Shown here: piece by piece, positions 53,350 through 64,000 of the stretch
How positions within the stretch are numbered: the first letter of the stretch is position 1
Layout of the letters: each line of letters starts with the position of its first letter
Assembly: GCA_965603825.1 (NCBI GenBank)
Contig: CBFDEM010000023.1
Span: forward strand, 1 to 64,000
Origin: Blepharisma stoltei ATCC 30299
Taxonomy: Eukaryota > Protista > Ciliophora
Length of the DNA: 64,000 nucleotides
Direction of reading: 5' to 3'
Program-made: the position numbers and the translations under genes
Notes under the pieces: generated by a model
Told to the model about the DNA's origin: nothing
Seen by the model: only the letters and a program-made list of their open reading frames with translations
Database searches by the model: none

Positions 53350-53604
53350 TTATTCCTTTATCATGATTTTCTTCCCACATACGCTGCAAATTCCTTTGTC
53401 AAACGCACACCTCTGGCAATAGTGGTGCTGATCAAGGACACTTTTTTGGCAAATTCGGCATTTTGTGCCAATTGGGTTGACTCTGTATTTTGCTCTTGAA
53501 GATAATATCATATTTGTGGCGAGGCCTCGCTTTGGCTGGCTTTCTTTTCATACGTCAGGCGATATGAGTCTTGATAATTTACTTTCACATTTGTCGCAAA
53601 CCAT
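53350..53604 (-). CDS. CRIPT: CRIPT (cysteine-rich PDZ-binding protein), 84 aa, absent from ORF track
   Basis: MVCDKCESKLSRLISPDVW(TGA)KE...KCRICQKSV...HYCQRCAFDKGICSVCGKKI. Confidence 0.92.
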
Positions 53605-54267
53605 TTTATAAGAAAATTGGATTTAAAAGCAAAAAATTCTAGACTGCAAGTAGTAGTGATCAGATTATATTTTTAGGCTTTTGAATTAATTATTGACTAA
53701 GAATTTAAATGAAAATTATTCCCCCATCTGATTGGATAAACTATTAGGCCAAAATTATTAAGATAATTCAATGGTTTCTTCATTATACTTTTTTGACTCT
53801 AATCTAGATGCTGAAAGTAGAAACTGCAAACTCCCTTATAATAATATCAAATAATCTTAAAATTAAGTTATGATAGTTTGACCAATGATTATCTCTTTTT
53901 ATTATTTGAAACTCGTAGAATAAATAAGCAAGAAAAACTGAAATCAATAATAATTCTTTGTTATTTACTTATTATTTAATTGAAATCTTATAGTTTGCCT
54001 TAATATTAAATCTTAAAAACGTGATTTTCTTTATCTTATAAATTTTTATCAGCTTTAAAAGTTGAAATACGCCAAAGAAATGGAATCATGACATCAGATT
54101 TAAAAAAAGAAAATTCCATCAATCATCCGTTTCCTTACCTTTAAATTAGCATACCATAGCTCGTGAAATTTCGATTTCCCATTTAGAAAAAATTATTCAG
54201 AATCTTATAGTGTTATTAATTACAATGTTGGTCTATATAAAAACTATCTAAAACAAAAGAAAATTTA

Positions 54268-54531
54268 TTAATTGTCACATTTACATTCTTTTATACTCTC
54301 TAATCCTGAGCAGCTATCAGCTTCTGAAATTCGTTGAGATTGATGAGACTCTTCGAAAAACGAGCAGACTTCGCGAATTTCAAAAAGTTCTTCTTTGGTT
54401 TTTCCAGAAGAGTTTAGATTGAACTTCATGTCTCTTATGGCACATAGAGCCCTCTTAAGTTTTTTGCATTTGCTGGGATTTATTCTTGGTCGGAGTACTT
54501 TTTCACGGCTTATTGAAACACTGCAACCCAT
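54268..54531 (-). CDS. Small hypothetical protein with N-terminal MGCxxS acylation motif
   Basis: 87-aa ATG-TAA ORF with AT-rich flanks. MGCSVS fits the myristoylation/palmitoylation consensus. Confidence 0.6.
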   Translation of the reverse strand: MGCSVSISREKVLRPRINPSKCKKLKRALCAIRDMKFNLNSSGKTKEELFEIREVCSFFEESHQSQRISEADSCSGLESIKECKCDN

Positions 54532-55141
54532 GTTGATTTATTTATAAAGTTTAAATCAGATAGAAATACTTTGTTATGATAAAGCTCTTTTCAGTGATTA
54601 AAATTTGGCTATTATCAATTTTGGAAGATTAGATCTTAAAGCTGCTTATTTACAATAGAAGATACAAATTTGTATTATTTAACACCTAATCTTGCCATAA
54701 TACTCAATTATGCTAGAAACGATGCTACCTCTTTAAAATTTAAGAAACTTTAATTAAACTTTGTAAAATGTAGAAATTTTGAAGAGCAGTGCGAAAATTA
54801 TATATTTTCAAGATCATAAATTAGATGCTTAGGCGTTTCGAGAGTCATTAACTTTAGATTAGTGTATGTTAGCCGGTACCTGCTCTCCAATAAATTACCA
54901 TATGACCATATTTTGAAATTTTATAAATGCTATGAAAATGATGAAACTAAATACTTGATAGTTTTATGGTAGGATCATTCTGCATTCGTCATTTTCTATA
55001 AATAAGTTTATCTCAGGAATTTTTTAAATTAAATTTAACTTTTTCAATACGCATGAAGACAATAAATTGATAGAATTGTATATCAATGAAAAAATTAATG
55101 TATCATTGTTGTACATAATTTTCAATGATTATTAGTTCAAT

Positions 55142-55810
55142 ATGGAGGGACTGGAACTGATCTCTGATGATGTTCTGCTAAATGAAATTCTCACCCTATT
55201 TAGAGACATCAGCGAAATTTTGGTCCTAAGATTGGTTTGCAAATCGTGATGTGAAAGATTCACGCTATTATTGCCTGCAGTTGTAGAAATCTCACTGATT
55301 GAAATTGATAAAATCAACAACTATGAAATTTTTACACAATCTCACAAGGAATTGGAGAAGTTCAGGAACATGAAAATACTTTTTGATTTTAAATTGAAAA
55401 AGCTTGAGAGAGCGCAGTTGTTTTTTCATATGGATCAGATAGATTTCTGTTTAGGGCGAGCAATGATAGCATTATGTGAAGAAAAAGAGCATGCAACTAA
55501 TAGAGAGGTAGAAGCATTTTTGGGGAATGGCTTAGTGAAGAAATTGCAAAGTGTATCCCCTGAAAAACTAAGCAGCGAGATCTATGATGTCGCAAAAAGT
55601 GAACTAATACAAACTCTGCAAATTTTAGGCCCATTAGATGAAACACAAAGAAAAATAATTGAATGAATCACTGGAACTTTGAAACTTTATGAAATTGCAA
55701 ACCAACTAAGCCCTTATTTTAATGATTTATATAAAATGATGCTGAGATTAGATTATTTGCAGTCAAAAGTCAATAGAATTTCAAGGTTCTTCGGATTCAA
55801 TGGAGTATAA
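55142..55810 (+). CDS. F-box protein (222 aa)
   Basis: LELISDDVLLNEILTLF...LVLRLVCKSW(TGA) is an F-box consensus. Frame is open to TAA 55808-55810. Confidence 0.8.
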
Positions 55811-56100
55811 AAGGATTTGAAGCTATAATTGTAATAAATCAGCAATTATTCTAATAATAAATAATAAAATAAAAAGTTAAACCTGCCCAGTCAGTTTATT
55901 TGACATTTAAAATCCATAATAGTATCTTTTTCATGCCATTAATTAGGCATAAATTATATGCCAAAGAACTCAAAATAGTCTAAGGATATTAAAATTTTCC
56001 TACTACAAATTATCGAGATTAGGAAGATCGCCTCCCACGATACATAGATTTAAAACAGATAATTAACTATATACTTACAAAAGAATATTTTACAATTATT

Positions 56101-56763
56101 TTAGCAGTCGAGTTTAATGTTCTCGATAACTTCTTCAATATATTCACTCATTTTCCTAATAGATTTTTTTTTCATCTCCATCAGCTCCTCTGTCTTCTTT
56201 TTCAACTCATTTGCAGCTGATTTTACAGCTGTTTCATTCCTCTTGTGGTTTATTAGTTTAGGGCTCCAATTTTCAATAATATTGTTTAATGCTGACTTAG
56301 TTTTAGTGTCGTCAGCATACTCATTGATTAAATATTCCAGATCTTCGTAAGAGCTTTTAATCGGCGATTTTTGAGTGCAGGGTGTCAAAGACCTTGTTCG
56401 GTACTTCTTGGGAAGCGCCTCAACTCGGAATTTGAAAATATTAATTTGGCGATTAAAATATTTCGTAGAGTTTTTGGATGCCCTTAGGCAATCTGGTATT
56501 ATAGGGCTTGAATTAGGAGGGGACAATGACGGAAAATTGGGTTTTGGAGACAAATCTCCGCGTTTGGAAGGGAAATTGATGGGAGCTAGGTTTCTGGGGA
56601 TTTGGGGTAGCTTGGGAATTGCTGGATCAGATTTCTTAAAATATATTGGTTTTCCCAATAAATTGCCTTCTGTTTCTGCATGGTATTTTCGGATTTTTGA
56701 TAAAATTGGCGACTTTGGCTGAAGATTCTTGAGTTCTTCTTCAAGGACTATTTTTCGACACAT
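56101..56763 (-). CDS. Hypothetical protein (220 aa), Pro/Ser-rich with C-terminal coiled coil
   Basis: ATG-TAA ORF with AT-rich flanks. Confidence 0.7.
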   Translation of the reverse strand: MCRKIVLEEELKNLQPKSPILSKIRKYHAETEGNLLGKPIYFKKSDPAIPKLPQIPRNLAPINFPSKRGDLSPKPNFPSLSPPNSSPIIPDCLRASKNSTKYFNRQINIFKFRVEALPKKYRTRSLTPCTQKSPIKSSYEDLEYLINEYADDTKTKSALNNIIENWSPKLINHKRNETAVKSAANELKKKTEELMEMKKKSIRKMSEYIEEVIENIKLDC

Positions 56764-57355
56764 TTTAATTGAATAATAAAATACTGAATTTTGAATCGAT
56801 TTATTTTTATAACCTTTTCAGAAAAGAGCAGAATTTTATAATTGGATTTCTCAGGAAAGTCAGAAAATAAGATAATAGTAAGATAAATCAATTTTCCCCA
56901 TCAAGTTATATAATAATAGAAGAGATGTAGAATAAATTCTATTAAATCTTAAAATTAGTTTAACTGCAATAGATTACTATAAATCGATCTTATGTAACTA
57001 AAATTACAAATTTTTATATATAGAATACTAAAGCTAAATTGCATTCAATGGAGCACAATAATTTTTTGAAAAAGATTAAACAAATAATTAAAATATATGA
57101 TAAACTTTTAAATTTTTTTAATATATTTTCCAAAAAGTGTATCATCTTCATATTTTTCAAGCTCCGCATAGCTTTGTCTATTTCTCAACATATCTTCTTG
57201 AAGCTATATATCTATAAGAATTAAATACTAAATCGAGCCAAATTCTAATATGATATTGAAAGAAGATTAATTAAATTCTTTTTAGAAATAAATTATATCA
57301 TCTTACGAATTCTAATGATTTGAAAATATATTCTGTTTTATTTCAATACTTGAAA

Positions 57356-59629
57356 ATGGAATCTCAACAAAATTCAGACAAGCTTGCAAGTGAGCCTGGG
57401 TTTTACGCTCAAACAAATCACTCAGTTTATGCTCTTCTCGGCCACGAAGACAATGAGAACATTGCTTTGCCCATCAACCCAAATTTTCTCACATACAAAG
57501 AAGGAGTTATGAATAAACGGTATATGGAAGCTCTATATCTTGATAAAACCAATCATAGACATTTATCAAGGGAATTTATCAACAATTTGCTGACTTTTTA
57601 TTTATTTATTACAAGCTATATTATAATTTCAGTAGTAACTTGGTCATTGCTGTACTCCAGTGATGATCTGTGTAAGTCGCATTATGTTTCTCGTATGGTT
57701 CTTTTAGGTATAATCCTAATTTTCGCATATGGGATTCTATTTTCAATTTGGAAATATCATTCTTTGATTTACTATTCACAGTACTTGTATGGAGCCTTGG
57801 GCTTTTTTATAATGCTTTATTTAGTTCTATGTGATGAAAACATCCTTTCAGGGATTTCAGGAAACCCATATAATTCGAGCACCCAGTCACATGTGCTTGT
57901 GATGGCTTGCTTTATTGTTTTGCTTAGGATTGTAACATTTGATAACTTTGTAAACATTGCAGCGATTTTTATTGTATCCTTGATTTTGCTATTGGCTTGC
58001 TTTATTGCCTTTACAACGATTTCTGTTGTGGCAGTTTTATCAGATTTTTTTATACTGTTAGTTTTCTGTGTGCTACAACTAGTTGAGTCTCGACAAGTGG
58101 AGTTCAGGGCAAAACAGCTCTTTTGAAGAAAAGCTAAAGAAGAAGAAGCCTTGAACACAGGAACTGCCATTGTAGAAAATGAAATAAACAACTACGAATC
58201 AGTTTTTAAGCCAGAAATTGAAATTATTTTCAAGAACCTGGACAAAATAAAAGAAAACATCAAAGCTGCATCAGTCGCCATCATGTTTGCAGACGTGAAA
58301 ACCAAGCTAAAAGTAGCTGCCTCTGAAATAGAGAAAATTAAAAGAAAATTAGTCCACGGAGCCTTGTTCGACCACCCTAATATCCAAAAAGACAAGAACA
58401 TGGATGATGAAGACCTCACCTTTATTTTAGAAAATTTTGTTGATGGCCGCCACGGGACTCTTCAAAGAGTAACTGTAAGAAGGAAAACTATGCTGGAAGT
58501 TGTTGAAAAGAAGCCCTCACTTGCTTGCTTTGGGGCTTCTGATCTTGAAAGGATACTCTCTGGGGTTGGAGTAAATTGGAAGTTTGATATATGGTTTGTA
58601 TACCATGCAACAAGTTCAAGTGTTTGGATTATTTCGAAATACTTGCTGCAAAAGTGGGATATGAATGCACTTTTCAATATCCCTGAGCATGTTTCTGACA
58701 CTTTCTTCCAAGCCCTGGAAAAAGTAATTTATATTTAGTCTTATAATAAAGATGTTCCTTATCACAATTCGTGCCACGCTGCTGATGTTCTTCATTCTCT
58801 TCTCTACTTTTTGATTCAAAGTAACATTTTTAACTCCCTCAGTCCCTTAGAAACCATTGCAGCTATGGTAGCAGCTCTAGGCCATGACGTTGGACATCCC
58901 GGCCTGAATACTCGCTTCCTAATCAATAGCCGTAACGACCTAGCTCTTCAATATAACGACTTCCGGGTTCTCGAAAACATGCATGCCGCCAAAACATTTG
59001 CCTTAATGAAAGAAAAAGGCCACAACATTTTCCAAAACTTATCCAACGACGACTGAATAAAAAGCCGAAAATTGATAATCGAAATGATTTTACACACAGA
59101 CATGACGATGCATTTTGAAGCCCTGGGAAAGTTCAATACAAGATTAAATCTTGGCGACTTGAGCTTGGACAACCATGAAGACAAATTCTTGATTTTGTCA
59201 ATGGGACTAAAATGTGCTGATATCGGCCATAGTGCGAAGATCCCTCAACTTCACGAAAAATGGTCGCTGCTACTAATAGAAGAGTTTTTCAAGCAGGGAG
59301 ATTTAGAAAAAGAAATGAATATGCAGGTCTCGATGTATTGCGACAGACGGACATGTGATATCAATAAAAGTCAAGCTGGGTTCATAAAAAATATCTGTAT
59401 TCCTCTATTTGAAAGCTGATGCAAGTTTTTGAGGTCTGATATAATAAATGTGAACTGTATTGACCAATTGAATGAAAATTGGAGAAGTTGGGAAGAAAAA
59501 GCAGGCAGCAAGCTGAAGAGACCGAACTCTATACTGCCGAATGACTCAATAGCCAATGAAGAAACTCTTATGAATCATGTGAAATCAGTAGAATCGCCTA
59601 CAATAGGGCATCCAAAGGATTCTATTTAG
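57356..59629 (+). CDS. Class I cyclic-nucleotide phosphodiesterase with ~6 N-terminal TM helices, one 15-nt intron
   Basis: PYHNSCHAADV, GHDVGHPG, LENMH, HTDM, KCADIGH, EEFFKQGD and SQAGFI. Intron 58724-58738. TGA=W at 58124, 59054 and 59417. Confidence 0.93.
58724..58738 (+). other. 15-nt intron GTAATTTATATTTAG
   Basis: Removal joins ALEK to SYNKDVPYHN of the PDE core. Confidence 0.9.
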
Positions 59630-59698
59630 AAACATTTATGATTAATTTAATTATTTTTATTAGAAAATTTCATAGTCCTTCTTATTTTTTCTATAATA

Positions 59699-60853
59699 AT
59701 GATAATTTTGATAGGGTTTTTGGGGATCCTAACTCTTGCAAAGATTGTGCCTAGGCCTAGCAAGGGCTCGTATATATCTTTTCAAGTCCCTACGCAAAAT
59801 CTTGATTATTTGCTCCTTATTTCTATTGATAAAATTGACGGCTCTCCAAGTTTGCTGATTCTTTCTCAATCTGGGGCTTTTTCTGCTATTGAAAATGCAA
59901 TAAAAAATGGCATCCAATTATTATTGACAAACTACTATAAGCAGTCTCTAGTTTTATATATCGTTCTACCGAACTCTGTAGCAAACATGGCAGGAAATGA
60001 TGTATGATATGTTGAAATTATAAAAAGCAGTGAGAACGAAATTGGATTTAATTTAGAATTAATTTGGGATGACTCCGATAAGAGTTATTCTCAATGCTTA
60101 AATAGTGGCTGATGCGAAAGCTCTTGATGTATTTGCAAATCCTCAAATTATGGACAGCTAAGTTCAATTGATCAATTCCATATTGACTCAAATTCGCAGC
60201 TTGAGATAAAATCTGAAGCCAATGAGTGGCAATTTTACTATATACATATGAAAGAAAACCATAATATGCTAGATTTCACGTTTTCCTCAATTTCAGGACT
60301 CACAAAAATATATGTTATTGAGAAAAGTGACTATAGCTCACCAGTCACAATATTTTTATATGAAGAAATAATAGTTGCTTATGCTAGAAAGCTTATATAT
60401 TTAATAGAGCTTTCAAAATCTGGCAATGGCTTAATAATTATCGGATTTCACTGTCAAAGTCCAGTAGATTGTATAGGAAATTTGAATTTGACGTCTTATT
60501 ACGAGCAGGGTTCGTCTCACTCCCAGCCTAACCAAGCCATCCCAATCTCAATGTTTATTTTTGCATGTTTTTGTCTGCCTATTGTCCTATGTGCATTATT
60601 GAGGCTAAAGAACTATATAAAAAACCGCGGATCAGCTTGAAAAGAAATAGAAAGAAACTGCAAAATGACAAAATGGGCAAGCACCGATGACTCAAATGCG
60701 CCACTATGTGTAATCTGTCTAGAGGAATTTGTAAAAGAATGCAGAGTCAAAGCCTTGCCATGCCAGCATATTTTTCATACTCAGTGCATTGACCCATGGG
60801 TAAAAAAGAAAGTCGCGTGCCCCATCTGTAAACGGACTATTAAAGCAAGTTAA
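59699..60853 (+). CDS. Type I membrane RING-H2 E3 ligase with degenerate EGF-like segment (384 aa)
   Basis: Signal peptide, CLNSGWCESSWCIC, a TM helix, then CVICLEEF...LPCQHIFHTQCIDPW...CPICK. Confidence 0.88.
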
Positions 60854-60862
60854 CTTAATTTG

Positions 60863-61459
60863 TTAATTTTTCAAATAAATATACTTGGTGTCAGGAAACC
60901 AATAGATTACCACCATCATGCAACAAAATACTGCAAATGCAAAAATCAAAGCGAAAAATGATTTTATTGATGCCCATCAGGATGTTTTAAACTGAATTTG
61001 GTCAAGAATTCCGGTTTCTTTCTTCATCTTAATCAAAAAATTAGCTTGTTTGGCTGCAATTGACTGAACTAAAGGGTCATCATTTTCCAATGTGACTTTA
61101 AAACTGGTGGCTACACTTTTCATATCTTTAGCTAAATTTAATATTTCCCTTTCTAAATCAAGCCTGGAAGCTTCATTAAATTCTGTCTGTTTCTTATACG
61201 AAAGCTGGGTGATCCCCAATAGCCTTTCTCTGTCTTCTTTAAAAGTATTGGAGTTTGGGGTGCTGACCCTTGATTTGAATTTTGCCTGCTGAGACTCTAA
61301 TTGAGCTCTTTGTTGAGGATTAAGGCATATCCAAATATCAAGCAGATTTCCCTCAAACTTGCATAATAGTTCTCTGTCAATAGAAGCTGCTTCTTCAAGC
61401 CTTTTAGCAAACCGGAAAATATTAACAATGTCTCGATGCTGGCGAGAAGTTAGTGGCAT
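60863..61459 (-). CDS. USE1: Use1-like Qc-SNARE (198 aa)
   Basis: EILNLAKDMK...FKVTLENDD SNARE-like helix. Reading TGA as W adds a C-terminal TM anchor. TAA at 60863. Confidence 0.7.
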
Positions 61460-61474
61460 ATTTATTATTTAGAT

Positions 61475-62584
61475 ATGAGTGACCGAGCCAGCACAGAAGA
61501 CTCAGCTGAAAATCCTTTTATTTATATATGACTGGATGGGAACTTTTACGTTGCAGGTGAAAAATTGACAGGCGAGATTTTGCTCAATCTCCCAAGCGCA
61601 AGAGGACCAGGACGCATCCACATCAAAACTTTGGGAATAGAAACAGTCACAATTACCAAAGCAAGCGGCGACGTCTCCTCAGCAGAAAGTGAAGTCTTTC
61701 ACATGAGCACCACTCTGGTAGACTGGGAAGAATTTACTCCCCCAGGGCAATATGTATTTCCGTTTTCTTTTAAACTTCCCCATTACGCCCCAGCAACTTT
61801 TCATCTGAACACGATAAACTTCGACAACAACAAAATCGAGGCGAAAATCACCTATACAATACACGCTGACTTGGAAACTGAACAAAGTCCAATCTCTGAC
61901 TCGAGGATCATCACAATTCATAATAGGAACACAAGGGTTTCTAGGCAATACTCAGTCAATGTTTCTCATCCTTTGGTTTCTTGCTTCTGCTTCAACCGTG
62001 GAGCTTCTTCCTTGAATTTAAGCTACCTCGGACCTGAAAATTCACAAATTGGCAAGACCTCGAATTTCAAGCTAATAATAGATAACAGGGCGACCCAAGC
62101 CAGGATCGTCAGCATTGTAGGACAAGTTCTCTTTGAACTGTCCGTGCAGGTGCCTGGGGACAAAACTTATGTGTTCACTAGCCTAGTATCCAGATTCTCC
62201 CCCAGGCTGGACGGAGGCAACCCTAATGAGCTGCTTTTTGACTCTGACTTGTCGAAAATCCCTTTTGGAATAAATCCGTCAAGTAACGAAAGCTCTTTAA
62301 TCCAGGCCCAATACAAGGTTCAGGTCTTTGTACTGTATGATGTGGGCTGCCGCACCAAGCGATCTGAAATCACTTTAGGGATCCACGTCAATCCCAAGGT
62401 GGCAGAAGAAAGAGAAATCAAGCTTCCAAGTGATTGGAACCCCAAGGAAAACTCGACCTCCAATTTAATTTTACAGTCCAGCAGCGGCGTCCCAATTTCC
62501 TCCCCAAAATCCGCGACACTTCCGAAGAGTCCAAAAAAGATGGATTTTAACTCTATAAGAACATTTAATAATGATACAAAATAG
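61475..62584 (+). CDS. Arrestin-fold (alpha-arrestin-like) protein
   Basis: IYIW(TGA)LDGNFYVAGEKLTGEI, PPGQYVFPFSFKLP..PATF, KITYTIHA, LIQAQYKVQV. Confidence 0.85.
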
Positions 62585-63527
62585 ACTGAGCCTAAATAGT
62601 TCTAGTGAATTTATATTAAGTGCACAAAGCTTGGCTGAGAGCTATAGAGTCCAGCTCGCGCTTGTTAGGCAGAATTTAGACGAAATTGTGATAAATCAGG
62701 TGGGATTGAGGGTAAAAAATAGATAGGAGCTGGCAAACAAGTCTGAAGATACGCAAAGAAACTTAGTAGAAGTCTTGGCAAATCAGCTGGAAGAAGCTAA
62801 AAATGAGCTGGAAACTCTGAAAATAAAGCAAAATCATAGTGAAAATGAAGTAGAAAGGCTGAAAAATTTAGCTGCTCAGCTGGAAAATACAAATAGCACA
62901 CTGTAATAATAAAATAGGGTGAGTGAAAATAGCAGCTTGAAAAACCACGTAACCTCAATTTCTTCACAAATTTCTACTCTACAGCAGCAAATTGTAACAA
63001 ATAACAGTGAATTTGAAGCAATGAAAGCAGAAATCTCAGCACAAGCTACCAAGATTAAGGAAACTGAAGCAGAAAACCTAAATTTAAAACAAAACCTTAG
63101 CCAAGCACTCCAAGAAAAAGAAAAACTGATGAGCTCTAACATAAACAACGTCTCTGAGTTATCCCTTGCCAGAGAAGCCATCAGCTCTATGACTTCTCAA
63201 ATCGCCCAATTCCAAAAAGAAATACTGGAACTCCACAAAACAAACGAAAAACACATCGAGCAAATCGCGTCTATGCAGACTGAAAAACTCACCCTAATCC
63301 AACAAAACAGTAAATAATATGCAGAAGCTGCAGATGAGCTAATAAAAGAAATCTCCCACCCCAAGACCACTGTATATCCCTCACAGTCAATTAGAAGCGA
63401 CCTATCCACCTGCGTAATCTGCTGTGCGCCAAGATTCGGGAGGATGAAAAACTGTGCTGTCTGCCAAGTCCCGGTCCACGCAAGATGCACAACTGATGTA
63501 AAATTTGTGTGTAATAAATGCAAATAA
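62571..63527 (+). CDS. Coiled-coil protein with C-terminal PHD-type finger, three 15-nt introns
   Basis: Introns at 62712-62726, 62903-62917 and 63310-63324. Ends CVIC...CAVC..PVHARC...FVCNKCK-TAA. Start codon is uncertain. Confidence 0.75.
62712..62726 (+). other. 15-nt intron GTAAAAAATAGATAG
   Basis: GT-AG, A at position 10, removes in-frame TAG. Confidence 0.75.
62903..62917 (+). other. 15-nt intron GTAATAATAAAATAG
   Basis: GT-AG, A at position 10, removes in-frame TAA codons. Confidence 0.85.
63310..63324 (+). other. 15-nt intron GTAAATAATATGCAG
   Basis: Removes in-frame TAA and links the coiled coil to the PHD exon. Confidence 0.85.
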
Positions 63528-63536
63528 ATTTTAACG

Positions 63537-64000
63537 TTACTGATTGCTTTTTCGAGTCATTTCTTCGAGGTTTGGGGTTGTGGCTGCGAGCCTTTTTGCT
63601 CTCGATTTTAGTTTTTGTACAGAAATCGGATATCGGACGTCTTCGATTTCTGGGTCATGGTGGAGGTCTTTGAGTTCTAGGAGGTCTCGCAGGGAAGTGG
63701 CTTTAAATTCGTGAGATTTATCTTGGAGCAGGATTGAGGATCGGTTTAGCCTGGAGGAGTCTACTGCTCCGTCTTCTCTTCTGGATATGAAAATTTGGAG
63801 ATGGCCGAGGTATTCTTCTAGTTCTCCTAGTAGTATGAATATATTTTGCTCTGTAAGTGTAGTGGTTTCGTCAAGTCTGATTTCTTCGGCGATTTCTAGG
63901 TCAGCTAAACTAGTTTTGCAGCGCTCTAGGACTTGCTAAATATAAGTTACTTTGAAATAAGGTTGCAGACTTTCGAGTGAGAGCCTGAAGTTTTCAGTTT
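63537..64000 (-). CDS. 3' end of coiled-coil protein, possibly outer-dynein-arm docking complex (DC2/CCDC114-like); partial
   Basis: Open after removing intron 63936-63950: ...LTEQNIFILLGELEEYL...YPISVQKLKSRA...TAA at 63537. Family call is by resemblance only. Confidence 0.55.
63936..63950 (-). other. 15-nt intron GTAACTTATATTTAG
   Basis: GT-AG, A at position 10, removes in-frame TAG. Confidence 0.85.

Noticed and set aside
56117-56722. Antisense ORFs (also 49238, 49670, 57817, 62876, 63197 and others)
   Set aside because: Shadow frames of real genes on the opposite strand.
49191-62584. GAF protein, PDE and arrestin as a signalling operon with the receptor array
   Set aside because: They are 14-27 kb away, interspersed with unrelated housekeeping genes, and belong to large families in ciliates; no linkage evidence.

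Overview
Left end of a heterotrich ciliate macronuclear chromosome, most likely Blepharisma. The evidence is a ~3 kb (CCCTAACA)n telomere, TGA read as Trp (TAA/TAG as stops), and 15-nt GTAA...A.....AG spliceosomal introns. The supplied ORF track is fragmented because it treats TGA as stop, so I re-read the genes with TGA=W. Positions ~5-35.6 kb hold a same-strand tandem array of a ~1150-aa membrane-receptor family: signal peptide, two tandem Venus-flytrap/ANF_receptor-like domains, and a ~9-TM domain that does not look like class C 7TM. The array has seven long copies in different states (intact, nonsense-only, frameshifted, truncated), about six decayed remnants, and a 5'-truncated non-LTR retrotransposon. 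Positions ~36-45 kb are sparse (kelch pseudogene, hypothetical proteins, claudin-like tetraspan). Positions ~45-64 kb are compact housekeeping DNA: two HAD-IIA phosphatases, a TMEM104-like transporter, a GAF protein, two S1/P1 nucleases, CRIPT, an F-box protein, a TM cyclic-nucleotide PDE, a RING-H2 E3, a Use1-like SNARE, an arrestin-like protein, a PHD protein and a partial ODA-DC-like gene. Some intergenic gaps there are only 9-15 bp. All family assignments come from motif recognition by eye, not database searches.
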